From NCBI GenBank assembly GCA_050246755.1, contig JBFWVL010000001.1, positions 1,472,001 to 1,536,000 of the forward strand: a stretch of 64,000 nucleotides of DNA, in the 5' to 3' direction. Positions 9,985 to 21,563 of the stretch are shown in pieces. A program made the translations under genes and the position numbers. The notes under the pieces were generated by a model. The model did not search any database, was not told the DNA's origin, and saw nothing but the letters and a program-made list of their open reading frames with translations. This DNA is from Bacteriovoracia bacterium (lineage in GTDB: Bacteria; Bdellovibrionota; UBA1018; CAIPTA01). How positions within the stretch are numbered: position 1 is the first letter of the stretch; each line of letters starts with the position of its first letter.

Positions 9985-11061
9985 ATGCTCTATTACTTTC
10001 TTTTCCCGATGGCGGGCGAGGTCGGCCTTTTTAACGTATTTCGCTACATCACTTTCCGCGGCCTGGGCGCGGCGATGACGGCCCTCCTTATATCCCTTGT
10101 GCTCGGCCCCTTTTTTATCGGCTGGCTAAAAAAGCTGCAGATGGGGCAGGTAGTGCGCACCGATGGCCCGCAGACCCACCTTAAAAAATCCGGTACCCCC
10201 ACGATGGGCGGAATTCTTATTCTCTTTTCGATGCTGGTTTCGCTTTTGCTCTGGGGCGATTTGGCGAGTAAGGAATTTTGGATCGTGCTCTTTGTAACGA
10301 TCGGCTACGGCTTAATTGGCTGGGTAGACGATTACCGCAAAGTGGTGAGAAAAAATCCCAAGGGCTTGTCTGCCAGGCAAAAGCTTTTTTTCCAAATTCT
10401 CGTGGCCGCGGTGGCTGGCTGGCTATTGCAGAATTATACCGGTGTGAATTCCGAGCTTCACGTTCCCTTCTTTAAGCACTTCGCGCTGGATCTCGGCTGG
10501 CTTTATATTCCATTTTCTCTCTGCGTGATCGTGGGTGCTTCTAACGCTGTGAACTTAACCGACGGGCTCGACGGACTGGCCATTGGCCCAGTGATTACTA
10601 CGGCGGCTACCTTCATGGCGCTTGCCTATGTGGCCGGGCACGTGAAAATCGCTGAATATCTCGAGATTCCTTATATCGCCGGGGCCAGTGAGCTCGCGGT
10701 ATATGCTTCGGCCATGGCCGCCGCGGGCCTCGGCTTCCTGTGGTTTAATTCTCATCCCGCTCAAGTATTTATGGGTGACGTGGGTAGTTTGGCGCTAGGC
10801 GGCGGAATCGGCGCTTTGGCGGTAGTCACGAAAAACGAAATTCTGCTATTGGTGGTGGGCGGCGTCTTTGTTATGGAAGCGCTATCCGTGATGATTCAGG
10901 TGGCCTCCTTCAAGTTGAGGGGGAAGCGGGTTTTTAAAATGGCCCCCATCCATCATCACTTTGAGCTCAAGGGGTGGCCGGAGCCGAAGGTGATCGTGAG
11001 ATTTTGGATTATTTCTGCCTTATTGGCGATCGCCGCTTTGTCTACGTTGAAGCTGCGCTAG
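9985..11061 (+). CDS. mraY: Phospho-MurNAc-pentapeptide transferase
   Basis: [29 protein letters not shown] and MAPIHHHFE motifs. Confidence 0.98.
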   Translation: MLYYFLFPMAGEVGLFNVFRYITFRGLGAAMTALLISLVLGPFFIGWLKKLQMGQVVRTDGPQTHLKKSGTPTMGGILILFSMLVSLLLWGDLASKEFWIVLFVTIGYGLIGWVDDYRKVVRKNPKGLSARQKLFFQILVAAVAGWLLQNYTGVNSELHVPFFKHFALDLGWLYIPFSLCVIVGASNAVNLTDGLDGLAIGPVITTAATFMALAYVAGHVKIAEYLEIPYIAGASELAVYASAMAAAGLGFLWFNSHPAQVFMGDVGSLALGGGIGALAVVTKNEILLLVVGGVFVMEALSVMIQVASFKLRGKRVFKMAPIHHHFELKGWPEPKVIVRFWIISALLAIAALSTLKLR

Positions 11062-11073
11062 GGGATTTTGGTT

Positions 11074-12474
11074 ATGTCGAAAGCGATGAATTATAGCGGA
11101 AAAAAAATTGTGATCATGGGACTCGGAAAATCTTCCGTGGCCCTCGCCAAATTATTGCACTCCCGCGGAGCCCAAATTTCCGTGAGCGAAATGAACCCGA
11201 AGGATCAGGTGGCCGAGCCGGCTAAAGAGCTTGCCGCCCTCAAACCCGAGATCGAAGCGGAATACGGCAAACATACCCCCCAGCTTTTTCTCGAGGCCGA
11301 CGTGGTGGTGGTGTCCCCCGGAATACGCCCGGATACGAAGCCCTTAGACGAAGTTCGGGCCAAGGGCATTCCCATCGTGAGCGACGTGGAATTGCTCGCC
11401 CAGGAAATCAACGTGCCCATCCTCGCCATTGCGGGCAGCGAAGGCAAGACTTCAGTGGCTTTTCTCCTTCGTGCTTTCATGGAGGCCGGCAAGAAAACCG
11501 CGTTTTTTAGCGGCGACCACGGCGAGCCCCTCGCGAATTTTTTGCTCAAAGGCTCTAAGGCCGACTACGTGGTGCTCGAGCTGTCCCCTTTCCAGCTTGA
11601 TAATATCCAGCAATTAAAGCCCTACGTATTCGTGCTCACTTCGCTCCAGCCTCCTTTTCCGGAGCGCTTTTCCACGCCCGAGCTCTACGGACAAACGCTG
11701 AGAAACGTGTTGAGCAATCTCGACGACAAGTGCTTCATCGTCTACAACTTTCGCGACTCCAACCTCAAGGCCCTCGTGGCCGGAAATCCGGCCCCCAAGC
11801 GCGTGTACCGCCGCAAAGATCCCATCAGCCTCGGCGAAGAAACGGCGCGCCTCTACAAGGGCTGCTGGCTCGCCTCGAGCGGGCGCGAGCTCGTGTGGAA
11901 AGAGACCGAGCAAAATCGCACCACATTTAATCTCCGCGGTCTCAAGCTCTACGGATTGCATAACCGCGATAATCTGATGGCCGCCCTCAACGTGGCGAAG
12001 ATCATCGGTATCTCCAACGAAGCGATCCAAAAAGTGATCGACACTTTTCCGGGTGTGCCGCATCGCCTCGAATTCGTGAAGAAAAAGGGAGGCGTGCAGC
12101 TGATCAACGATTCTCGTTCCACGAATGTGGACACGCTTCGTCTGGCTCTCGATTCTTTTCCCTTAGACCCCGTAATTTTAATCGCCGGAGGCCGGGATGC
12201 TCAGGCGGACTTCACGTCCCTCTCGGATATCATCAAGACCCGTGTAAAAACCCTGGTGCTGGTGGGCGAGGCGAAAGAGCATATTAACCGCTGCCTGGGT
12301 GATTTTTCGGAGACCTTTCTGGTCGGGACATTTGAAGAAGCCGTTTTGCTCTCGTACCAGAAGTCGCGCGAGGGAGATATCATCTTGTTGTCCCCGGGCT
12401 GCGAGAGTTACGATATGTTTGTAAGCTATGAAGAGCGCGGCAATTACTTCAAGAAGTACGTCGAAGAAATTTAG
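11074..12474 (+). CDS. murD: MurD-family ligase with a degenerate active site
   Basis: GLGKS, SPGI, PHRLE and LLSPGCESYDMF..YEERG motifs and the mraY-X-ftsW position; several catalytic residues altered (see findings). Confidence 0.88.
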   Translation: MSKAMNYSGKKIVIMGLGKSSVALAKLLHSRGAQISVSEMNPKDQVAEPAKELAALKPEIEAEYGKHTPQLFLEADVVVVSPGIRPDTKPLDEVRAKGIPIVSDVELLAQEINVPILAIAGSEGKTSVAFLLRAFMEAGKKTAFFSGDHGEPLANFLLKGSKADYVVLELSPFQLDNIQQLKPYVFVLTSLQPPFPERFSTPELYGQTLRNVLSNLDDKCFIVYNFRDSNLKALVAGNPAPKRVYRRKDPISLGEETARLYKGCWLASSGRELVWKETEQNRTTFNLRGLKLYGLHNRDNLMAALNVAKIIGISNEAIQKVIDTFPGVPHRLEFVKKKGGVQLINDSRSTNVDTLRLALDSFPLDPVILIAGGRDAQADFTSLSDIIKTRVKTLVLVGEAKEHINRCLGDFSETFLVGTFEEAVLLSYQKSREGDIILLSPGCESYDMFVSYEERGNYFKKYVEEI

Positions 12475-12504
12475 CGCGCCACTCTCACAATCGGAAAGCC
12501 GACA

Positions 12505-13650
12505 ATGAAGTTAGCTCTCTCTCAAAATTTTTCTTTTCTGCCCGTCACCAAGGGCGGGCCCGTAGATAAGCTTCTTTTATTCACGGCCCTCAGCCTCGCC
12601 GCCTTCGGGCTCGTGATGGTGTATTCCGCGAGCTATATCCTTTCCCAGGAAAAATTCGGCGACGGTCTCTATTATTTCAATCACCACCTGATCTACCTAA
12701 TGATGGGCTTGGCCTGCATGACGGTCTGCCGCTTCCTCGACTACCGCGTTTGGGAAAAGCTCGCGCCGTATCTTCTGTCCGTAGGTTTCTTTCTCATGGC
12801 GCTCACCCAGATCCCCGGCCTCGGCCACCGCGCGGGCGGGGCCAGCCGCTGGATCAACGTGGCCGGATTTTCCCTGCAGCCCGTGGAATTTGCGAAGGTG
12901 GCGGTGGTGATCATGCTCGCGCGTCTGCTCGCCCGGCCCGACCAGGAGTTCGGTAAGGTGACGACCGGATTTCTTTTTCACCTCTGGCCCAGCGTGGTGA
13001 TGATTTTTTTCTGCATGCTGCAGTCCGATTTCGGCAGCACGGCCCTCATCATCGCCACCACGGGCCTGATGCTCTACTTGGGTGGCGTACAATTGAAGTA
13101 TCTCGCTGGGGCGGCATTAGCGGTGGTCCCTCTCTTGGCCGGTGCGATCATCGTGGCGCCGTATCGTCTCGCGCGCTTGCTTACTTTCCTCGATCCTTGG
13201 GCCGATCCCCAAGGGGCGGGTTTCCAGATCGTGCAATCTTTCATCGCCTTTTATCGTGGCGGTTTATTCGGCGTCGGCCTCGGTAACAGCAAGGCGAAAA
13301 TCTTTTATCTTCCCGAGGCGCATAACGATTTTATTCTTAGCGTGGTGGGGGAAGAGCTCGGATTTCTCGGTATCGCGCTCCTGAGTCTCACGCTCATGCT
13401 CCTAGTGTTCCGCGGGATCCGCGCGGCGGCCAAGGCCGACACCCGCTATGCCGAGATGCTCGCCGCCGGCCTCACGATTCTGCTTGGGTTCGAGGTTTTC
13501 TGGAATGCCGCGATCGTGCTTGGGCTTCTTCCTACCAAGGGAATGAATATGCCGTTCATCTCGAGCGGGGGCTCTTCGATCATTTGCGCGCTCTCGATCA
13601 TCGGGATTCTCCTCAACGTTTCCGCTCAGGCGCGGCGCGAAGCCCGGTAA
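12505..13650 (+). CDS. ftsW: SEDS peptidoglycan polymerase FtsW
   Basis: GASRWI, QPVEFAK, YLPEAHNDF, GEELG and PFISSGGSS motifs. Confidence 0.97.
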   Translation: MKLALSQNFSFLPVTKGGPVDKLLLFTALSLAAFGLVMVYSASYILSQEKFGDGLYYFNHHLIYLMMGLACMTVCRFLDYRVWEKLAPYLLSVGFFLMALTQIPGLGHRAGGASRWINVAGFSLQPVEFAKVAVVIMLARLLARPDQEFGKVTTGFLFHLWPSVVMIFFCMLQSDFGSTALIIATTGLMLYLGGVQLKYLAGAALAVVPLLAGAIIVAPYRLARLLTFLDPWADPQGAGFQIVQSFIAFYRGGLFGVGLGNSKAKIFYLPEAHNDFILSVVGEELGFLGIALLSLTLMLLVFRGIRAAAKADTRYAEMLAAGLTILLGFEVFWNAAIVLGLLPTKGMNMPFISSGGSSIICALSIIGILLNVSAQARREAR

Positions 13651-13651
13651 A

Positions 13652-14752
13652 ATGGCAAGTTCTCCCCGCAAACTACGCATCGCTTTCGCCGGAGGCGGCT
13701 CCGGCGGGCATCTCTATCCCCAGGTGGCGGTGGCGGGGGAGATTCGCAAACTCGCGCCCGATACCGAGATATTCTTCGTGAGCGCGAAGGGCAGCATCGA
13801 GGAAAAGCTTGTTCCCAGGGCGGGCTATGAATTGGTGCTCATTCCTTCCGGCAAGCTCAAGGGGCAGGGACTGCTCAGTACTTTCAAGACTCTCGTATCG
13901 CTTTTTCTCTCCGTTTTCGTATGCGCAAAAATTCTGCTCACTCGTCGTCCGGATCTGATCTTCAGTGCCGGAGGCTACGCGGGGGCGCCCTTCCTTGTGC
14001 TGGGCTCGATCTGCGGCGTGCGCTGCGAGATCCTCGAGCAGAACCGCATGCCGGGTTTGGCGAACCGTTGGATGGCGAAATTCTGCAAGCGCATCTACGT
14101 GAACTTCGCCGCCTCCAGTGAAAAATTCCCGGGCAAAGATGTGCGTGCCGTGGGGCATCCCTGCCGTCCCGAAATCGAGAAGGCGCGCTGGAATAATCCC
14201 GAAGCCGACGCTTTATTCAAAGCCAATCCCTTCAAGATCTTCGTGTTCGGTGGCTCGCAGGGAGCAATGGGAATCAATCGTCTCCTGACCCAAGCCGCGC
14301 CGTTTTGGAAAGGCCTGGAGATCGAAATTCTCCACCAAACCGGCGAAGCCGATTTCGAACGCACGAAAAAAGAGTATCACGAGGCCGGTTTCACGAAAGT
14401 TCGGGTGGAGAAATTCATCTTCGAAATGGCCGAATCGTTTAAGGCATCGCACTTGGTGATTTGCCGCGCGGGCGCGGGAAGCCTGGCGGAGCTGGCGGCC
14501 GCGGGTAAGGCGGCCATCTTGATCCCCCTCGTTTCCAAGGACCGTCACCAAGAATTCAATGCCACCGAGATCGAGAAGCTCGGCGCGGCGCTTTCTTTCC
14601 TGCAGGGCAAGCTCACGGGGCAAATCCTTGCGGGCGCGGTGAAAGACCTTTACGGTGACCGCTCGAAATTAAAATCCCTGGCGCAAAAAATGAGCGAGCT
14701 GCACAAGCCCGATGCCGCGATTCAGATCGCGCGCGGAATTTTAGAAGGATAG
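13652..14752 (+). CDS. murG: Lipid II GlcNAc transferase
   Basis: GGGSGGH, EQN, GGSQGA and ICRAGA motifs. Confidence 0.96.
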   Translation: MASSPRKLRIAFAGGGSGGHLYPQVAVAGEIRKLAPDTEIFFVSAKGSIEEKLVPRAGYELVLIPSGKLKGQGLLSTFKTLVSLFLSVFVCAKILLTRRPDLIFSAGGYAGAPFLVLGSICGVRCEILEQNRMPGLANRWMAKFCKRIYVNFAASSEKFPGKDVRAVGHPCRPEIEKARWNNPEADALFKANPFKIFVFGGSQGAMGINRLLTQAAPFWKGLEIEILHQTGEADFERTKKEYHEAGFTKVRVEKFIFEMAESFKASHLVICRAGAGSLAELAAAGKAAILIPLVSKDRHQEFNATEIEKLGAALSFLQGKLTGQILAGAVKDLYGDRSKLKSLAQKMSELHKPDAAIQIARGILEG

Positions 14753-16123
<1,371 letters not shown>

Positions 16124-16165
16124 CCCGTTAAATGAATATTATTCTTCCGGCTCGTACCTACGCGT

Positions 16166-16597
16166 CTACTTCAGCCAAGTGGGCAGCTTCAGCGCCAGCT
16201 CGTAGTCGATCCAGCAATTTCCCGTATAATCCAAGGGACCGCCCGAGCCGGGTTTGCGGTAATTATAGGCCGTAGCTTGGAGCCCCGGCTGTCCGCGCAG
16301 GAATTTGCGCTGTGAGCCCGCGGAAACGGCGAAGATGGCGCCGGCTTCGAAAGAAATGAAAGTGATTTTCTTTTCGAAGAGGTCTGCATCCTCGAGCCGC
16401 ACCGGATAGCTTTCTTGCAAGCTATTGCCGAAAAAAGTACGGCGTTCGTAGCGGAAAGAAGTGGGCGTAATGGGATTTTCGTTCAGCAGGAAAATTTGGT
16501 GCAGGTAGGAGCGGCCGCTGCATTCGGCCACGAGTTTTTCTTCGGCGCTTGCGCAGGGAGAGCTCATGAGGGCGATGAGGATCAAAATTTTGGTCAT
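16166..16597 (-). CDS. Hypothetical secreted protein inserted antisense in the dcw cluster
   Basis: Signal peptide (MTKILILIALMSSPCASA); GGGAGA RBS; fills the murC-murB gap. Confidence 0.7.
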   Translation of the reverse strand: MTKILILIALMSSPCASAEEKLVAECSGRSYLHQIFLLNENPITPTSFRYERRTFFGNSLQESYPVRLEDADLFEKKITFISFEAGAIFAVSAGSQRKFLRGQPGLQATAYNYRKPGSGGPLDYTGNCWIDYELALKLPTWLK

Positions 16598-16662
16598 TAG
16601 CGTCTCCCCGGTTGGTCACTTTGGAGATCGCACGATTTGGCGTTTTGCGCTAGATTCTTCTG

Positions 16663-17553
16663 ATGTTTCCCGGCGAAGTCCCGCACCGCTCGAATGAACC
16701 CTTGGCCCGCTATACTTCTTACCGTATTGGCGGCCCGGCCCATATTTTGGCCATGCCCATAACGAAGCGGCATATTCACGCGATCGGGAAATATTTGCTG
16801 GATACCGGTACTCCCTATTTCGTGCTGGGAAACGGCTCGAACGTGCTGGCGCCCGATGAAGGCTTTGATGGCGTAGTGATTTGCACGAAAGAGCTCGAGT
16901 CATTCCTGGAGATTTCCGGCACGAATGTGCGGGCTTCGGCGTCCACGCTGAACTCGCGTTTATTGCGCGGGTGCGCGGAAGCGGGTCTCGGGGGAATCGA
17001 CGCGCTTTCGGGGGTGCCCGGAAACCTAGGCGGCGCGGTGTTCATGAACGCCGGTACGGCCTCGGGGTGGATCGCGGAAGTTTTGGCAGAAGTAGAAGTG
17101 GTGAGCTTGCGTGGCACGGAGAGAACGGTTTCCGGGGCGGCGCTGAAATATTCCTACCGCGAGCAGCATTACCTCGAAGACGGCGAGTTGATCTGGGGGG
17201 CGCGGTTGAATTTGAAGCGTGAAGAACCCGAGGTGATTCGCGCCCGCTTGGCCGAATCGGTGAGGAAGCGCAAAGCCGCGCAGCCAATCGAATTGCCGAG
17301 CTGCGGCAGCGTTTTTCGCAATCCGGAAGGCAAAAATGCGTGGAGGCTCGTCGAGGAAGCGGGCTTGAAGGGATTTGCTAAGGGCGGGGCCAGGATCAGC
17401 GCCAAGCATTCCAACTTCATCGTGAATGAGGGCGGCGCTACCAAGGCCGACGTGCTCTTTCTCATTCAAACGGCCAAAGAAAAAGTTTATGCTACTTCAG
17501 GAATCCGCCTCCAAGAGGAAGTAGTTCAGCTCAACGGCAAAACCCTGAAATGA
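16663..17553 (+). CDS. murB: UDP-N-acetylenolpyruvoylglucosamine reductase
   Basis: RIGGPA, GNGSN, MNAG, GSVFRNP and HSNFIVN motifs. Confidence 0.96.
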   Translation: MFPGEVPHRSNEPLARYTSYRIGGPAHILAMPITKRHIHAIGKYLLDTGTPYFVLGNGSNVLAPDEGFDGVVICTKELESFLEISGTNVRASASTLNSRLLRGCAEAGLGGIDALSGVPGNLGGAVFMNAGTASGWIAEVLAEVEVVSLRGTERTVSGAALKYSYREQHYLEDGELIWGARLNLKREEPEVIRARLAESVRKRKAAQPIELPSCGSVFRNPEGKNAWRLVEEAGLKGFAKGGARISAKHSNFIVNEGGATKADVLFLIQTAKEKVYATSGIRLQEEVVQLNGKTLK

Positions 17554-18347
17554 AATCAAGCGCCGCCAAACCATTTATCTTCGTCGGTGTGCCCATGGCG
17601 CTGGGCCTCGTGGCGTTGATTTTTGGCGGCATGGAGCTTCGCAGTTTTCTGTTAACATCTCCCCGCTTCGCCGTAAAGGAAGTGGTGGTGCTCACTAAGG
17701 GCAAGGCCGAAAAAGAGAATATTCTCCGCCTCGCCGGCATCCCCCCAAATACAAATATATTTTCTTTAGATCTCGATCGCGTGCGTCGCAGCGTGGAGAA
17801 AGAGCCGTGGGTGCATTCGGCCACCGTAGTGAGGGCGCTCCCCAACCGCATCGAAATTCAATACGATCCGCAGATTCCCGTGGCCATCCTCGGTGCCGGC
17901 TCGATGTATTACCTGAATGGAGAGGGGCGTCCTTTTTATAAAATTCAGACTGGTGATTCGCTTGCCTATCCCTTGGTTCAGGTGGAGGGGGGCTTTCGCA
18001 ATTCGGAATTATCACGGAAGCGTGTAGAGACTGGGCTGGAAATTCTCACTACTTTGCGCACTTCGCCCCTCTTTTCGGAGAAAGATTTGGGCGAAGTAAC
18101 GGTGCGAATGGATGCGGAAGATGGGGCGGCGCCCTACGTGTTAACACTGCGCTTTCCCCCTCGTAATCTCCCTATAAAAGGTAAGCAGCCAAATCGGTTA
18201 TACACCGCAAGCTTTGGCGAAGGAGATTTGTCCACTCAAGTCAAGCATTGGGAAGCTGTGCTGCGCCATCTCGCGCAAACCGGCAAAAACCCTAGATTAA
18301 TTCGTTTGGAGCTAGGGAAGAAAGTGGTTGTCAAACTAGAACGGTAA
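17550..18347 (+). CDS. ftsQ: Cell division protein FtsQ/DivIB
   Basis: N-terminal TM and POTRA domain (PWVHSATVVRALPNRIEI); precedes ftsA. Confidence 0.88.
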   Translation: MKSSAAKPFIFVGVPMALGLVALIFGGMELRSFLLTSPRFAVKEVVVLTKGKAEKENILRLAGIPPNTNIFSLDLDRVRRSVEKEPWVHSATVVRALPNRIEIQYDPQIPVAILGAGSMYYLNGEGRPFYKIQTGDSLAYPLVQVEGGFRNSELSRKRVETGLEILTTLRTSPLFSEKDLGEVTVRMDAEDGAAPYVLTLRFPPRNLPIKGKQPNRLYTASFGEGDLSTQVKHWEAVLRHLAQTGKNPRLIRLELGKKVVVKLER

Positions 18348-18418
18348 CTCTACCCTAATAGTATAGGCTACCGTGTCATTGCGGTAACAGTAGCGGAAAC
18401 GCTCCTAAGGAGGGGGTC

Positions 18419-19645
18419 GTGGCCAAGCAAGAATTCATCGTTGGTTTGGACATCGGCACGACCAAGATCTGCGCCATCGTTGGGCAGGTAACGGAAACGG
18501 GCATCGATATCATCGGACTTGGCACGCGGCCTTCTACCGGTCTGCGCAAAGGTGCGGTAATTAATATCGATTCCACCGTAGAAGGCATTCAGCGCGCGAT
18601 CGAAGAAGCGGAGCTGATGTCGGGCTGCCAGATCTCCTCGGCATATATCGGCGTAGCCGGTAATCACGTTCGCTCCTTTAATTCTTCCGGCGTTGTTTCG
18701 GTGAAGAACCGTGAAATCGATAAAGACGATGTAGAGCGCGTGATCGATGCGGCCAAAGCAATTGCCATCCCCGCCGACCGGCAAGTAATTCACTTAATTC
18801 CCCAGGATTTCATCATCGACGGCCAAGACGGTATCAAAGAGCCGATCGGCATGAACGGCGTGCGCCTCGAGGGCAAAATTCACATCGTAACCGCGAATTC
18901 TTCCTCCACGCAAAATCTCGTGAAGTGCTCGAACCGTGCAGGCCTCAACGTGAGCGAGCTCGTGCTCGAGCCGATCGCTTCGGCCGAAGCCGTGCTTTCG
19001 GATGATGAAAAAGAGTTGGGCGTGGCGCTCGTGGATATCGGCGGCGGCACTTCCGACATTTGCATCTTCGTGGGCGGTGCGCTGGTGCATACCGGCGTGA
19101 TCAATATCGGCGGAAATCATATCACCAACGATATCGCGGTGGGCTTGCGGACTCCGCAGGTGGAGGCCGAAAAATTAAAGGTGCGCCACGGCGGCTGCAT
19201 GAAAGAGTTAATTGCGCCGGAAGAAACGATCGAGGTTCCGGGAGTGGGCGGGCGCCAGCCACGCATCGTGGCCCGTCGTTTGCTCGCCGAAATCATCGAG
19301 CCGCGCACCGAAGAGATTTTCCAGCTGATCAAAGCCGAGATTGAGAAGACGGGCTATACCGATCTCATAGGCAGCGGAGTGGTGATCACTGGCGGATGTT
19401 CCCTGCTCGAAGGAATGCCGGAATTAGCGGAAATGGTTTTTGAGATGCCCGTGAAGAGGGGCTACCCCAGTGGTATGGGGGGAATGCGCGACATCGTGAA
19501 TTCCCCAAAATACGCCACCGGAGTGGGGCTCTTGAAATACGCGGCAAATAAAATGGCAGCCAAGAATCACCGATCCCATATGGGCGAAGGCGTAGGACGC
19601 CGGATGCGCGATATGATGAACGGCTGGTTTAAGGATTTATTCTAG
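18419..19645 (+). CDS. ftsA: Cell division protein FtsA
   Basis: [25 protein letters not shown] and GVVITGG motifs; C-terminal amphipathic WF helix. Confidence 0.98.
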   Translation: MAKQEFIVGLDIGTTKICAIVGQVTETGIDIIGLGTRPSTGLRKGAVINIDSTVEGIQRAIEEAELMSGCQISSAYIGVAGNHVRSFNSSGVVSVKNREIDKDDVERVIDAAKAIAIPADRQVIHLIPQDFIIDGQDGIKEPIGMNGVRLEGKIHIVTANSSSTQNLVKCSNRAGLNVSELVLEPIASAEAVLSDDEKELGVALVDIGGGTSDICIFVGGALVHTGVINIGGNHITNDIAVGLRTPQVEAEKLKVRHGGCMKELIAPEETIEVPGVGGRQPRIVARRLLAEIIEPRTEEIFQLIKAEIEKTGYTDLIGSGVVITGGCSLLEGMPELAEMVFEMPVKRGYPSGMGGMRDIVNSPKYATGVGLLKYAANKMAAKNHRSHMGEGVGRRMRDMMNGWFKDLF

Positions 19646-19658
19646 GACGGAGGAACGC

Positions 19659-21275
19659 ATGTTTGAGCTGGATAAAGCAGCAACGGTGGCCCAAGGGGCG
19701 AAAATTAAGGTAATCGGCGTGGGCGGCTCGGGCGGCAATGCCGTAAACACCATGATCAAATCGGGATTGAGCGGCGTGGAGTTCATCTGCGTGAATACCG
19801 ATCGTCAGGCCCTCGGTGCTTCCCTCGCGGAAGTGAAGATTGCCATCGGCGGCGAACTTACGAAAGGCCTTGGCGCCGGTGCGAATCCCGAAGTGGGAAG
19901 ACGCGCGGCCCTCGAGGACTATCATAAAATCGCCGACGTGCTCCAGGGTTCCGACATGGTATTCGTGACGGCCGGCATGGGCGGTGGTACCGGAACCGGC
20001 GCGGCTCCCGTGATCGCGAAGATCGCCAAAGAACTCGGCATCCTCACCGTGGGCGTAGTGACGAAGCCCTTCGATTTTGAAGGCCGTAAACGCATGCGCC
20101 AGGCGGGCGATGGTATCCGTTTCCTCCGCGAAAGCGTGGATTCCCTGATCACCATTCCTAATCAAAGACTGCTTTCGATCGCCGGTAACTCGATGAGCTT
20201 CATGGACGCCTTCAAAAAGGCCGACGAAGTTCTCCTGAATGCCGTGCAAGGGATCTCGGACTTGATCAATCATACGGGCTTGATCAATACCGACTTCGCC
20301 GACGTTCGCACGATCATGGCGAATAAGGGCCTGGCCCTCATGGGAACCGGCATCGGCGAGGGCGAGCACCGCGCCGTAGAAGCTGCAACCAACGCGATCT
20401 CATCTCCGCTGCTCGAGGATATCTCGGTAGACGGCGCCACCGGCCTGATCATCAACGTAACCGGCGGATCTGACCTCACGGCCTTCGAAGTGAACGAAGC
20501 TACCACCTTGATCATGGAAGCCGCCCACGAAGATGCCGAGATTATTTTCGGCTCCGTGATCGACGAGAACATGAAGAACCGCGTGAAGATCACCGTGATC
20601 GCTACGGGAATCGGCGCACAGGCGCAGCTCGGCGTGCCCGCTACGATGGAGCGAGTGCTTCCTCAGGGTATGGGTTCGATGGCCGGCACCCAGGCGGAAT
20701 CGCTCTCTAGTCTTCCCAAGCAGGCGTCCGTGCCCAGCTCGGTTCCTGAGCGGCCAATGGCTCTCGGCACCGGAGCTAACTATAATCACCCCGCGCTAAA
20801 CGGCGGGATGGCTTCGGCGGCTCCTGTCGCCCCTTCAGTTCCCCCTCCGGCTCCCGCAATGAAGCAGGAGCTCGATCAAATCATCCCTTCGGCTTCCTTG
20901 GCTGAATTGGATGCGCAAATCGATTCCTTCGGCGCTGGCGGCGAGGCCGAGGATGAGCGTGATATCATGGAGGAGTTCGAGGAAACCTTTCCCGTAGCGC
21001 CTTCTCAGCCACGCGCGGCCACCGCAACCCCTTCTACGGCAGAGCTTGCGCGCAAGATGGAGCAAGTGGAGATGTTTGAGGAGAAGGCCGCGGCGGCCGA
21101 AGCGCGCACAAAAGAAGAGTCACCCGCAGTGAAGGCCCGGGACGCGCGTTCCGAAAGCCTTGCTCGTGCGCAACAGATCGCACGGAGCCTCGGTGTGACC
21201 AATCTCTCCGACGATGAATACGATATTCCGACCTTTATTCGTCGCCAGCAGCAAAATCCTTCCGTAAACAACTAG
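19659..21275 (+). CDS. ftsZ: Cell division protein FtsZ with a long linker
   Basis: GGGTGTG signature, NTDFAD and C-terminal DIPTFIR. Confidence 0.99.
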   Translation: MFELDKAATVAQGAKIKVIGVGGSGGNAVNTMIKSGLSGVEFICVNTDRQALGASLAEVKIAIGGELTKGLGAGANPEVGRRAALEDYHKIADVLQGSDMVFVTAGMGGGTGTGAAPVIAKIAKELGILTVGVVTKPFDFEGRKRMRQAGDGIRFLRESVDSLITIPNQRLLSIAGNSMSFMDAFKKADEVLLNAVQGISDLINHTGLINTDFADVRTIMANKGLALMGTGIGEGEHRAVEAATNAISSPLLEDISVDGATGLIINVTGGSDLTAFEVNEATTLIMEAAHEDAEIIFGSVIDENMKNRVKITVIATGIGAQAQLGVPATMERVLPQGMGSMAGTQAESLSSLPKQASVPSSVPERPMALGTGANYNHPALNGGMASAAPVAPSVPPPAPAMKQELDQIIPSASLAELDAQIDSFGAGGEAEDERDIMEEFEETFPVAPSQPRAATATPSTAELARKMEQVEMFEEKAAAAEARTKEESPAVKARDARSESLARAQQIARSLGVTNLSDDEYDIPTFIRRQQQNPSVNN

Positions 21276-21297
21276 TTAGAAAATAGAACGAGTTGAT

Positions 21298-21325
21298 AGA
21301 GGGCCTCCGAGGCCCTCTTTTTTTT
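21298..21325 (+). terminator. Intrinsic terminator of the dcw cluster
   Basis: agagggcc-tccga-ggccctct followed by a T-run. Confidence 0.85.
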
Positions 21326-21563
21326 GTCAAATTCAAGAATGACGCAGCTCGTTTTGGTCGGCTAGATTTCAGTGATGAAAAAATCATTGATTTGCTGCGA
21401 GCGGCCATAATAAAAAGTACATAGCGTTTGTGTAAGGTTTTGCCAGCGCTATCCAGAAGATACCATTCCTATTTTCCACGTAACCGCGTTTTCATATCTC
21501 TACCGAATAACGTGAACGGCCTCAAGACAGAGACCATTGGAATTTCGGCTAACGGAGGGATTA

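Noticed and set aside
21326-21563. ncRNA in the AT-rich gap before the S8 protease
   Set aside because: No convincing structure; most simply a promoter region
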